A stretch of 64,000 nucleotides of DNA from assembly GCA_016195685.1 (NCBI GenBank), contig JACPZE010000003.1:899-64898 (forward strand). The letters are read 5' to 3'. The notes beneath the pieces are model-generated. The model saw only the letters and a program-made list of their open reading frames with translations. It was not told the DNA's origin and searched no databases. The position numbers and the translations under genes are program-made. Shown piece after piece: positions 49,811-58,422 of the stretch. Source of the stretch: Candidatus Gottesmanbacteria bacterium. GTDB lineage: Bacteria; Patescibacteriota; Microgenomatia; 2-02-FULL-39-11. Each line of letters begins with the position of its first letter. Within the stretch, counting starts at the first letter, position 1.

Positions 49811-50833
49811 TTAATTTAATAAAGCAAATAAATCTTTAGGATCGGTAACTACTGGTGTCATATTGAGTTCTTCACCTATGTGATATTTTTGGGCAAGCTC
49901 ATATGTTAACCTTAGCACTGAATAATCTTCCAGTGCTATGCCGACGGAATCAAATAGAGTTATTTCCCGCTCATTTTCGCGGCCGCATTTAAAACCATTT
50001 ATCAATTCATAAAGCTCTCCATACACAAGTTTTTTTGCTTGAGATTTTTCCAGAACCTGGATTTCTCCTTCATCCTTTGATTGGTCAAAATATTCCACTA
50101 CTATACGACTCATAGGTAAAATACTTGCTTCCAACTCCGTTTTGCCTTTACTATCTCCACCGATAGCGTTTATATGAACCCCAGCCTTCACCCAATCCTT
50201 TTTTAGTGCTTCCATATGACCATAACATACCGTACAAACCGTAATAATATCAGCACTTTGTGTTGCTTCTTTGGCACTCTTACATCTTATTAGTCTTAAA
50301 TCTTTTCCGCTTAAATTCTTCTCGAATTTATCCATTGCTTTTGCATCTATATCAAAATATCGTACTTCCTTAATTCCTCTTATAATTTGCATTGCTTTCA
50401 CTTGAAATTCACTTTGGGCACCAGTTCCGATGATTGCTAAAGTCTTGGCATTTTTGCGAGCCATGAAATCCGCTGCTAACGCTGAGGTGGCCGCGGTTCG
50501 CAAAGCTGTAAGTATGGTCATCTCACTAAACATAAGTGGATAACCGGTGGCAATACTGACAAGTTGACCGGTAGCCACAATTGTTTGTTTACCAATCGAC
50601 GGGTTTTTAGGATGTAAATTCACGTATTTGAAAGTGTAATAAAGCTCATTATCACAAATAGGCATAAGCTCCAATACGCCAGCCGAGACACGCATACCCG
50701 GACGAGGTATTTTCGCAAACGTATGCCAACGACCAAAATCTCTCCGAAGAGATTTCATAACATCCCCCATGAAATTATCAAATCCATGAAGATTAAGCAG
50801 TTTAATTAGTGATTCCTCAGTTATTATTTTCAT
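49811..50833 (-). CDS. ocd: Ornithine cyclodeaminase
   Basis: GVLELMP, FKYVN.HPKN, LTALRTAATS, IGTGAQSEFQ, GGDSKGKTEL, FDSVG.ALED motifs. Confidence 0.92.
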   Translation of the reverse strand: MKIITEESLIKLLNLHGFDNFMGDVMKSLRRDFGRWHTFAKIPRPGMRVSAGVLELMPICDNELYYTFKYVNLHPKNPSIGKQTIVATGQLVSIATGYPLMFSEMTILTALRTAATSALAADFMARKNAKTLAIIGTGAQSEFQVKAMQIIRGIKEVRYFDIDAKAMDKFEKNLSGKDLRLIRCKSAKEATQSADIITVCTVCYGHMEALKKDWVKAGVHINAIGGDSKGKTELEASILPMSRIVVEYFDQSKDEGEIQVLEKSQAKKLVYGELYELINGFKCGRENEREITLFDSVGIALEDYSVLRLTYELAQKYHIGEELNMTPVVTDPKDLFALLN

Positions 50834-50876
50834 AATAGATTCGTCGTTTCACTCCTCAAACTCTGTTCACTTCCAC

Positions 50877-51110
50877 AAAAAAGTCCTCTCCTCCGCCAAC
50901 TGGCGGATTCAAGGACGTTAAGTTTAACGTGGTACCACCTTGTTTTTGGTCTTTAAAAAAGCACAACATTTAGTTGTGCGTCTTAAAAACTCTTTTAATG
51001 CTCCTTCCCGCTTGGCGGGATGACACACTTTGTTTTATTTTTACGGTTAAACTTCCGGAATGCTTATCGCATTCAGCTCATCTAGCGGGAAACTAGACTA
51101 TAGCGCTTTT
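50877..51110 (-). promoter_or_regulatory. T-box riboswitch leader
   Basis: Antiterminator AAGG-TGGTACC-ACGTTAA-AC-TTAACGT-CCTT (50941-50911), overlapping terminator GTCCT...AGGAC-T6, Stem III hairpin, CCGTAA F-box-like motif. Confidence 0.85.
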
Positions 51111-51151
51111 ATTTATTCTATTATACTACAAACTGTCAACTCACTCACTTA

Positions 51152-52309
51152 TTATTTTATAAATATTCTTACAATATCGTTGAAAGTTACAAAAAGCATA
51201 AGAGCCAAAAGTAAAGCCATCCCTATCTGATGTATATGACGCTCCCAGTTGGCCTTTACCTTCTTACCGGTAATGCCTTCGATTACTACAAAAAGTAATC
51301 TTCCACCGTCAAGAGCCGGAAACGGCAATACGTTAAAAATAGCCAGGCTTATCGTCATCAAAGCCATAAGTTGAACTATGTTAAAAAATGCTTCAAAACC
51401 TCCGATTTTTAGAAAACTACCTATAACATTAAATATCCCGACTGGCCCGGATAAATTTTTTGCAATCGGATCAACCGTCCTGGTAGCTACAGAAGTACTG
51501 ATCAAAGTACCCAAAACTTTCATAGTATAAACACCCATGTCATAGGTCAGCGTAAATCCGGATATCAATTTTTGAGAAAAAGCCGGATAAGATATTTCCA
51601 ATACATCGGCTATTTTTATACCCATCGGTCCCTCGCCTTTCGGCGGATTCGCACGAGGTATAGCAAAAACATTTCGGGGATTTATAGGAATTTGGTGATA
51701 TAACTTTATATTTATGCTTTTTCCTGACTTTTGCTTCGTAACGTTCATCATTCCTTCGGATCCATTTATATCTTGACCATCTACCGAAACCAATATATCC
51801 CCATCTTTGATACCTGCTAAATCAGATGGGGATCCTTTTGCAACATCAGTCACAATCACTCTTTTTGCTTGAAGGGCATTGTGAAAATTATATTTGGCAA
51901 AATCCGGCACAAATGTTTTAAATGATGAAAGAGACAACATCATGTACAATAGGACCACCCCCAATACCAAATTCATCGTCACTCCGGCCAGAAGTATCGC
52001 AGCTCTAGCCCAAGGAGTTTTGTGGACAAACGAGGCCGGGTTACTACGCTCTTCATCGCCCTCTTCTCCCAAAAGCCTAACAAATCCTCCGAAAAGTACA
52101 GGATAAACAGCCCAGATCATCTTGTCCTTGCCTTTTTTGGAGAAAAGCGGTTTTGTGAAAGGAAGTCCAAGAGCAAATTCTTCTACTTTTACTTTAAAAA
52201 ATTTGGCAGCAAGGAAATGCCCAAACTCATGGACCAAAACTAATACTGATAAAACAACAAAAAAAATTAAAAGTACAAACAAAAATACTAAAATAGTTGG
52301 AAGAAACAT
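51152..52309 (-). CDS. rseP: RseP-like M50 intramembrane metalloprotease with PDZ domain
   Basis: HEFGH, GGFVRL, LAGV.MN, PDZ, NVLPFPALDGG motifs. Confidence 0.93.
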   Translation of the reverse strand: MFLPTILVFLFVLLIFFVVLSVLVLVHEFGHFLAAKFFKVKVEEFALGLPFTKPLFSKKGKDKMIWAVYPVLFGGFVRLLGEEGDEERSNPASFVHKTPWARAAILLAGVTMNLVLGVVLLYMMLSLSSFKTFVPDFAKYNFHNALQAKRVIVTDVAKGSPSDLAGIKDGDILVSVDGQDINGSEGMMNVTKQKSGKSINIKLYHQIPINPRNVFAIPRANPPKGEGPMGIKIADVLEISYPAFSQKLISGFTLTYDMGVYTMKVLGTLISTSVATRTVDPIAKNLSGPVGIFNVIGSFLKIGGFEAFFNIVQLMALMTISLAIFNVLPFPALDGGRLLFVVIEGITGKKVKANWERHIHQIGMALLLALMLFVTFNDIVRIFIK

Positions 52310-52364
52310 AGGGAAAATTTCTAATTACTAATGAAAGTTTAAATATTTTAAAATTAAAATTCTC

Positions 52365-52928
52365 TTATATCTCACTTAGCTCCTTCTCCTTATTCTCCCT
52401 CATCATGTCTATCTCTGCCATAAATTCATCTGTAAATGTCTGTATCTCCTTTTCCAGATGTTTTTTCTCATCCTCTCCTAATTCCTTAGCTTCAAATTTA
52501 TGCTTCAGTTGTACCATGGACTCATGCCTGACTTGTCTCACCATCACCCGTCCTCCTTCAACTTTAGCATGGGCTAGCTTTATGTATTCCTGGCGCCTAT
52601 CATCCGTAAGGGGCGGAATACTGATCCGAAGGATATTGCCATCGGAAGCGGCAGAATAACCTAAATTAGCCGTATTGATGCTACGCTCGATATCCCGAAT
52701 GACTGTCGGATCAAAGGGGGCGATGACTAGCATCCTCGGACCATCGGTTGTGATGGTGGCCATTTCTTTAAGTCTTAGATGTTGGGTATTATCGTAAGCA
52801 GCTATTACTAAATTCTCAATAAGGGCAGCAGTGGCCCGGCCTGTTCTTATGGTACCCAAGTCTTCGGATAGGACTTTCATGGCCTTGACCATTTTATCTT
52901 TTGTCGAAGCTAGAAACTGTTGATCCAT
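52365..52928 (-). CDS. frr: Ribosome recycling factor
   Basis: IRTGRA, IPPLT..RR, VRQVR, KEKEL motifs. Confidence 0.96.
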   Translation of the reverse strand: MDQQFLASTKDKMVKAMKVLSEDLGTIRTGRATAALIENLVIAAYDNTQHLRLKEMATITTDGPRMLVIAPFDPTVIRDIERSINTANLGYSAASDGNILRISIPPLTDDRRQEYIKLAHAKVEGGRVMVRQVRHESMVQLKHKFEAKELGEDEKKHLEKEIQTFTDEFMAEIDMMRENKEKELSEI

Positions 52929-52977
52929 GTGTCATTAGGATAACAAGAAACAGTATGTAAAACAAGTAGAAATTATT

Positions 52978-53348
52978 TGTCATTGCGAGCGAAGCGAAGC
53001 AATCTCTATAATAAAATTAGTGAAAAAACAATATTTTGTTTATATTGCTACGAATACAACGAATCGTGTTCTTTATACAGGAGTCACTAATAACTTAATT
53101 AAAAGAAATTTCCAACATAAAAAACAGTTTATATCCAGTTTTACCTCAAAATATAAAATTAATAAACTCGTTTATTATGAAATATTCGATGATATCAATG
53201 AAGCAATTAAAAGAGAAAAACAAATTAAAGGAGGATCTCGTAAAAAGAAAATAGATTTAATAAGAAACCTGAATCCTGGTTTTATTGATTTATATGAAGA
53301 AATTATTAAGTAAAGATTGCTTCGTCGCTAACGCTCCTCGCAATGACA
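52978..53348. mobile_element. GIY-YIG gene cassette bracketed by inverted REP-like palindromic repeats
   Basis: Left TGTCATTGCGAGCGAAGCGAAGCAATCT (52978-53005); right AGATTGCTTCGTCGCTAACGCTCCTCGCAATGACA (53314-53348). Confidence 0.75.
53020..53313 (+). CDS. GIY-YIG nuclease family protein
   Basis: FVYI...LYTGVTNNL..R..QH, FTSKY, LVYYE, AIKREKQIK motifs. Confidence 0.93.
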   Translation: MKKQYFVYIATNTTNRVLYTGVTNNLIKRNFQHKKQFISSFTSKYKINKLVYYEIFDDINEAIKREKQIKGGSRKKKIDLIRNLNPGFIDLYEEIIK

Positions 53349-53388
53349 TAAATGAATTAGTTGAATTAGTTTAATGTATACTTATATT

Positions 53389-55563
53389 ATGAAGGAAGAA
53401 AAAGTAGTATTGGAGCTTCGGACTCCCAAAACAGCCGAGGAAACACCTGAACATATGCAGCAGGTTTTCTCCGCGCTTTTTTCCGGCGGACACATCCCCC
53501 ATTGGAAAAGGCTTTGGATAAAAGTACGCACCCTTTCTTTTGAAATCGCATCGTTTAACCAAAGCATACATTTCTATACCGTTATCCCTAGGCCTTTTAA
53601 GACCTTCATCGAAAGCCAGCTCACCAGCCAGTATCCCAAGATCCTTATATCCGAAACGCCGGATTACATGGCAAATATCACCAAAAACAGATTTTTAGCC
53701 ATAGGAAATCTGCAACAAGCCGCCCCATTTTATTACCCTATAAAAACTCATGCGGATTTTAAAGAAATTGATTCCATATCTTCTATTCTGGGTGTACTCT
53801 CCAAATTCAGCCCGGAGGAAAGCTGCGTCATACAGATGGTGATAGAACCTCCGCATTTCAACTGGCAAGGTATGATACAACGGATGGTAGACCGAGGCAT
53901 TCCCGATCCTACTACCACGGCACCCAACCGGACCAAATCATTCCCTCATGCAAGTTTGATCGAGCAGAAAGTCAAACAAAGTGGTTATCGTACCTACATC
54001 AGAATCATGGTAGGAGCAGAAGATAACAAAAAAGCCCTATCCCTTCTTTTTAATATCGCCGGATCGTATGGAGCCTTTGCCTTGGGTGAAGGCAATAGAC
54101 TTGTTCTTCGTCGTCCCAGGCTTTTTTGGAAAAAAGTCATCTACAATAGAATACTGAAGCGCGAAAAAAGCCATTATCCCAGACACCAGGTATTAAATAC
54201 AGGCGAACTGGCTACCATCTGGCATCCGCCCACGATGCTACTTGCTGGGATAAAAAATATCGTCTGGGGCAGATCACTCGTGGGAGAACCTCCCCAAAAT
54301 CTGCCTGTTGCCGCAAATATCACAGAAATTGAAAAAGGGGATATAAATTTCATCGCCCGGGCTGAATTTAAAAATACCCTCACCACTTTTGGTATAAAAA
54401 GACCGGACAGAAGAAAACACATTTACATAATAGGGAAAACCGGTACCGGTAAATCTACCATGATCGCCAATATGGCTATAAACGACATGAGGAATCGGGA
54501 AGGTCTAGCTGTCATAGACCCTCATGGAGACCTATCTGACATACTTTTAAATTATATTCCCTCATATAGGATAAACGATGTCATATATTTGGAACCTTTT
54601 GATGTGGAACATCCCTTTTGGATGAACCCGTTGGAAGTGAAAAATCCCATCCACAAAGAATTGGTCACCTCCGGAATCGTATCGATCTTTTCCAAGCTTT
54701 ATGCCAAATCCTGGGGTCCCAGGCTTGAGTATATACTGCGGAATGTCATCCTTACTCTTATGGATTATCCGGATGCCACACTGGTTATGGCTTTGGATCT
54801 TTTATCTGACCAGAATTTCCGCCAGGGAGTACTAAATAAAGTAGAAAATAAGATCCTGCAGAATTTTTGGCACAATGAATTTGACAAAATGCACCCCAGG
54901 CTTAAAAGCGAGGCTATAGCTCCAATTCAAAATAAAGTAGGCCAGTTTGTACAATCTCCCACTATACGTCAAATCATCGGACATCCTACATCTACCATAG
55001 ACCTGGAGGAAGTGATGAACCAGGGGAAAATACTGATACTGAATCTTGCACAGGGTAAATTGGGTGAAGACAACGCAGCGCTTTTGGGTGCCATGTTTAT
55101 CACCAAAATGCAATTGGCAGCCATGAACAGGGTAAATTTGCCGGAGGAACAGAGGCGTGATTTCTACCTTTATGTAGATGAGTTTCAAAACTTCGCTACC
55201 ACATCTTTTATAAAAATATTATCTGAGGCGCGGAAATACCGCCTTGATCTTATCATGGCCAACCAATACATCGGACAAGTGGAGGAAGAAGTGCAAAAAG
55301 CTATTTTTGGCAATGCCGGATCTCTTATTTCTTTTGTCATCGGCGCCCAGGATGCTAGTGCTCTGACTAAGGAATTCGGCCAGTGGTATAAAGAAGAAGA
55401 CCTTGTAAATTTGGGTTCTTATCAGATAATCATCAAACTGGCTATAGATAACCTGACTTCACTTCCATTTCACGCACTCACTTTGCCACTTCCTAAATCA
55501 AAGAATCAAAACCGCGATAAAGTCGTGCGCCTCTCCAAAGAAAGATACACTAAGAAGCCTTAG
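53389..55563 (+). CDS. VirB4/TrwB/HerA-like P-loop ATPase of the CPR type
   Basis: GKTGTGKS Walker A, IDPHGD, LYVDEFQNF Walker B, LSEARKY, ANQY motifs. Confidence 0.88.
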   Translation: MKEEKVVLELRTPKTAEETPEHMQQVFSALFSGGHIPHWKRLWIKVRTLSFEIASFNQSIHFYTVIPRPFKTFIESQLTSQYPKILISETPDYMANITKNRFLAIGNLQQAAPFYYPIKTHADFKEIDSISSILGVLSKFSPEESCVIQMVIEPPHFNWQGMIQRMVDRGIPDPTTTAPNRTKSFPHASLIEQKVKQSGYRTYIRIMVGAEDNKKALSLLFNIAGSYGAFALGEGNRLVLRRPRLFWKKVIYNRILKREKSHYPRHQVLNTGELATIWHPPTMLLAGIKNIVWGRSLVGEPPQNLPVAANITEIEKGDINFIARAEFKNTLTTFGIKRPDRRKHIYIIGKTGTGKSTMIANMAINDMRNREGLAVIDPHGDLSDILLNYIPSYRINDVIYLEPFDVEHPFWMNPLEVKNPIHKELVTSGIVSIFSKLYAKSWGPRLEYILRNVILTLMDYPDATLVMALDLLSDQNFRQGVLNKVENKILQNFWHNEFDKMHPRLKSEAIAPIQNKVGQFVQSPTIRQIIGHPTSTIDLEEVMNQGKILILNLAQGKLGEDNAALLGAMFITKMQLAAMNRVNLPEEQRRDFYLYVDEFQNFATTSFIKILSEARKYRLDLIMANQYIGQVEEEVQKAIFGNAGSLISFVIGAQDASALTKEFGQWYKEEDLVNLGSYQIIIKLAIDNLTSLPFHALTLPLPKSKNQNRDKVVRLSKERYTKKP

Positions 55564-55647
55564 GCTATAAATACACATCCTTATACATGTTTTAATACAT
55601 ATCTCAATACTTGACAGAATATGTATTTTGTGATATGTTAGCTTTGT

Positions 55648-55902
55648 ATGGACACGATAATTATTCCCATAACGGATTTTTTAAGGAAAGCCGGAGAATA
55701 CGCGGATAGACTTCCTTCACTTGAGAAAATCATCATAACCAGAGGCGGAAGACCGTTTGCTGAATTAAAGGCATCTCCCCAGGAAAAAAATAGAAAACTC
55801 ATAGAACTTATAAAAAGTTTTAACGGTAAACTTTTTGAAAATGAAGAAGTATGGAAAGCAGTATATACCAGAAGAAATAGAAAAAAGCCCATTACAATAT
55901 AA
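55648..55902 (+). CDS. Phd/YefM-like antitoxin
   Basis: ITDF.RKAGEY...IIITRGGRPFA; directly upstream of a PIN toxin. Confidence 0.8.
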   Translation: MDTIIIPITDFLRKAGEYADRLPSLEKIIITRGGRPFAELKASPQEKNRKLIELIKSFNGKLFENEEVWKAVYTRRNRKKPITI

Positions 55903-56262
55903 ATGAATTTTTTAATTGACACCTCTATACTTATAGAAATGCTTAGGAAAAATAAAGATGTTTTGGATTTTCTAGCTAATCATCTGGAAGATAGGTTTCT
56001 CACAAGCAGTATATGTGAGGCAGAAATTTGGGAAGGAGTTTATAGAGAAAAACCGATTAATTTTGTAAAAAGAAAGAAAAATGTTGAAGTTTTATTGGAA
56101 TCCCTGACAGGGACCATTACTTTTGATTCAAATCAGGCACAGATTGCAGGACAAATAAGATCTTCCCTTTCCTTAAAGGGAGAATTGACGGGTGACCTGG
56201 ATATTTTGATAGCCGCATCTGCTGTAACAAACGATGCAACCCTATATTTAATTTACCCATAA
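55903..56262 (+). CDS. VapC/PIN toxin, apparently C-terminally truncated
   Basis: IDTSILI, EAEIWEG, GDLDILIAASA; ends DATLYLIYP without the usual T.N..F tail. Confidence 0.8.
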   Translation: MNFLIDTSILIEMLRKNKDVLDFLANHLEDRFLTSSICEAEIWEGVYREKPINFVKRKKNVEVLLESLTGTITFDSNQAQIAGQIRSSLSLKGELTGDLDILIAASAVTNDATLYLIYP

Positions 56263-56290
56263 AAAAGAGGTATCAAAACCAATCCTTTTA

Positions 56291-56623
56291 TCACCTCGTC
56301 TGGTGAATGATGTCTACTCCTTCTTCTACATTTTTCACTTTATCACCAGGTGCTAAAAAACTTCTGCTAGGCCCAACGAGAATTTGTTTTTCATCTGATA
56401 TTCCGTATCCTATATCGCATATATTATTTGGGTCAGTACCAGGTAGATGAACCATTACATCCACGTGTAAAATACGCCCACTTGAAAGCTTCCCCGAAAA
56501 ACTACTATTGCCTGTAATTTGTCCATCATCGACGATAGGATTATTCTTTCCATGATCGACAAAAATTAATCGACCATGACAACGTGGTATACCAAAAGTA
56601 TATTTGATACCTTCTCTAAACAT
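56291..56623 (-). CDS. Hypothetical protein
   Basis: 110-aa ORF with TTGAAA-17-TATAAT promoter 7 nt upstream of ATG. Confidence 0.55.
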   Translation of the reverse strand: MFREGIKYTFGIPRCHGRLIFVDHGKNNPIVDDGQITGNSSFSGKLSSGRILHVDVMVHLPGTDPNNICDIGYGISDEKQILVGPSRSFLAPGDKVKNVEEGVDIIHQTR

Positions 56624-56665
56624 ATTAAATATTATACTAAATCTATCCTATAGTTTCAACAAAAC

Positions 56666-56694
56666 TTGACTTATACTATAGGTTATGATATAAA
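56666..56694 (+). promoter_or_regulatory. Sigma70 promoter
   Basis: TTGACT-17-TATAAA. Confidence 0.65.
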
Positions 56695-56699
56695 TTGCA

Positions 56700-57010
56700 G
56701 TCTATGCGGTATCAACAGGCCGTTTTTATTGTGGACCAATTTTTTGTGAATATCACCTTTATAAAAGGCAAAGCTTCCCTTTTGCGGGAAGATTTTTGCT
56801 GAATTTTGTTGTAAGTTCCGGTCCTAAATTGTGGGTATTTGCACTCACAACCAAAAACTGAAACTTACGACTTCGGAGCAAACGCTTCGAATAGCACTTT
56901 AACAAGGGAAATAGTGAAATTTATACCTCTAAATTATCTGGTTGTAGAGCTTCACATGGCAGAAAAATCTTTTCTACCAACTGTAGCTTTACAATCGGAT
57001 GAAAAAGGGT
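56700..57010 (+). ncRNA. Candidate large structured RNA or 5' leader
   Basis: Several long stems whose mismatches are mostly G-U on the + strand (e.g. TCTGGTTGTAGAGCT/AGCTTTACAATCGGA). Confidence 0.45.
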
Positions 57011-57116
57011 AAATAATGTTTGGTAAATATAGTTAATATTTAAGGATAGCGCTGTTGTTATAGAAAACATAATCTCAGTGACAGAAGATCTAAATCCGAC
57101 GTCACAAGAGGTTAAA

Positions 57117-58007
57117 ATGTTTAAAAGCAAAAGCACGCGGATCGCGGTAATTCTCGCGATCATCATGTTCGTCACGACTTTCGCTTTTACCGCGAACGTC
57201 GCAAGCGCACAGGGTCCCACACCTACGAAAAGCGTTGGTAGCAACAACGTTAATCAGGACTGTTTCGACTTGAAAAGTCCGTCTGGACCCCGAACAAAAC
57301 CTGGGGGGAAAGATAGCGCCGGGAACACCTGCGTCGCTGGCTTGCTCTGGACTGACCCCCAAGGCCGGTCGCTCAACGTCCCATACAACGGATACGCACT
57401 CAGTGCATCTAGCACAACGACGGGGACGATTACGCCAGGTGTGTCACTCACGAACACGGCTCCCTCCGACAATCTGGCAGCACCAACGGGTTCGACAAGA
57501 CCGAAGTATAATGTGTGCACGTTCAACGAGGACGGCACAAAGTATACGGTCGAACCAGATGCAGCCCCGGCAGTGGTCCACGCGCCTAACGGTACAATCG
57601 TTACTTTGGCGTGCACTTGGGATGATTCTCGCGGGGCAGTACCGGATCGGTCGGAAAAAACAGCGCTCGAAGTACAAATCGAAACCTGGCGGAGTGTCCT
57701 CTGGACAGGGATCACGATGATCCTCTCCGTTGTGTTTGCGATTGGCGCGCTGGTAGCAGCTGGGTTCATCGCGGTAGCGATGGTGCATGGCGACTTGTTC
57801 CGATCGGTGCGTGACTTCTGCTCTTCATGCACATCCCTTTGGTGGGGGTGGCGGCGGAGCACCCGGTGGTGGAGAACACGCTGCGAAAGAAAACCACTAG
57901 AAGCAGGCTCCTCAATGAGTCGACTTCGCTGTACGAAAGGTACCAGAACGAAAGATAAGGGGCCGCCGGGGAGTGGAGAAGCTGTTTTGTGGACCAACAC
58001 AAAATAA
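57117..58007 (+). CDS. GC-rich secreted or membrane-anchored hypothetical protein, probable frameshift near 57818
   Basis: Signal peptide MFKSK...VASA, Cys pairs, late TM helix; GC content well above the flanks. Confidence 0.6.
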   Translation: MFKSKSTRIAVILAIIMFVTTFAFTANVASAQGPTPTKSVGSNNVNQDCFDLKSPSGPRTKPGGKDSAGNTCVAGLLWTDPQGRSLNVPYNGYALSASSTTTGTITPGVSLTNTAPSDNLAAPTGSTRPKYNVCTFNEDGTKYTVEPDAAPAVVHAPNGTIVTLACTWDDSRGAVPDRSEKTALEVQIETWRSVLWTGITMILSVVFAIGALVAAGFIAVAMVHGDLFRSVRDFCSSCTSLWWGWRRSTRWWRTRCERKPLEAGSSMSRLRCTKGTRTKDKGPPGSGEAVLWTNTK

Positions 58008-58176
58008 ATGCGGTTCACCGCAGCTTCCTCCGCCTTCGGCGCGACATCACAACCAAACATCATCACTATTTCCCTTATCTTTCAAATCTTCAGAATTCTG
58101 GAAGTTTGGGAGATAGGACAGAACAATTTCTAATTACTGATTTTTAATTTCTAATAAATTTAGATTGGAAATTGGG

Positions 58177-58422
58177 TTAATTTTGGGGTACGATTTCGAG
58201 GCGTTCTTCTATAAGTTCAACTCTCTTCCGGAGATCGAGATACTCTTTGTCGAAAAAATCAGCGATTGTACTTATATCTTTACGGATTTTTGTATTATCT
58301 TTTTTTATCACCTTCACATCTGATTTTAAAGCATTCAAATCAGTTTTTATGGGATGAAGTTCTTCTTTAATAAATTTCATTAAAGTATTTCTAATAGATA
58401 GAAGATCAATTTTTGTCAACAT
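58177..58422 (-). CDS. Small coiled-coil protein
   Basis: Heptad pattern LKSDVKVIKKD...LRKRVELIEERL. Confidence 0.65.
   Translation of the reverse strand: MLTKIDLLSIRNTLMKFIKEELHPIKTDLNALKSDVKVIKKDNTKIRKDISTIADFFDKEYLDLRKRVELIEERLEIVPQN

Noticed and set aside
53389-55563. Conjugative element implied by the VirB4/TrwB-like ATPase
   Set aside because: No relaxase or other T4SS genes nearby; such stand-alone ATPases are common chromosomal genes in CPR
56765-56830. c-di-GMP-I riboswitch suggested by GGCAAA
   Set aside because: The GNRA loop and GACGCAAA P1 partner are absent
57254-58066. 270-aa minus-strand ORF and other overlapping ORFs
   Set aside because: Explained by stop-codon scarcity in a GC-rich patch; the + strand frame has a signal peptide, SD-like motif and promoter
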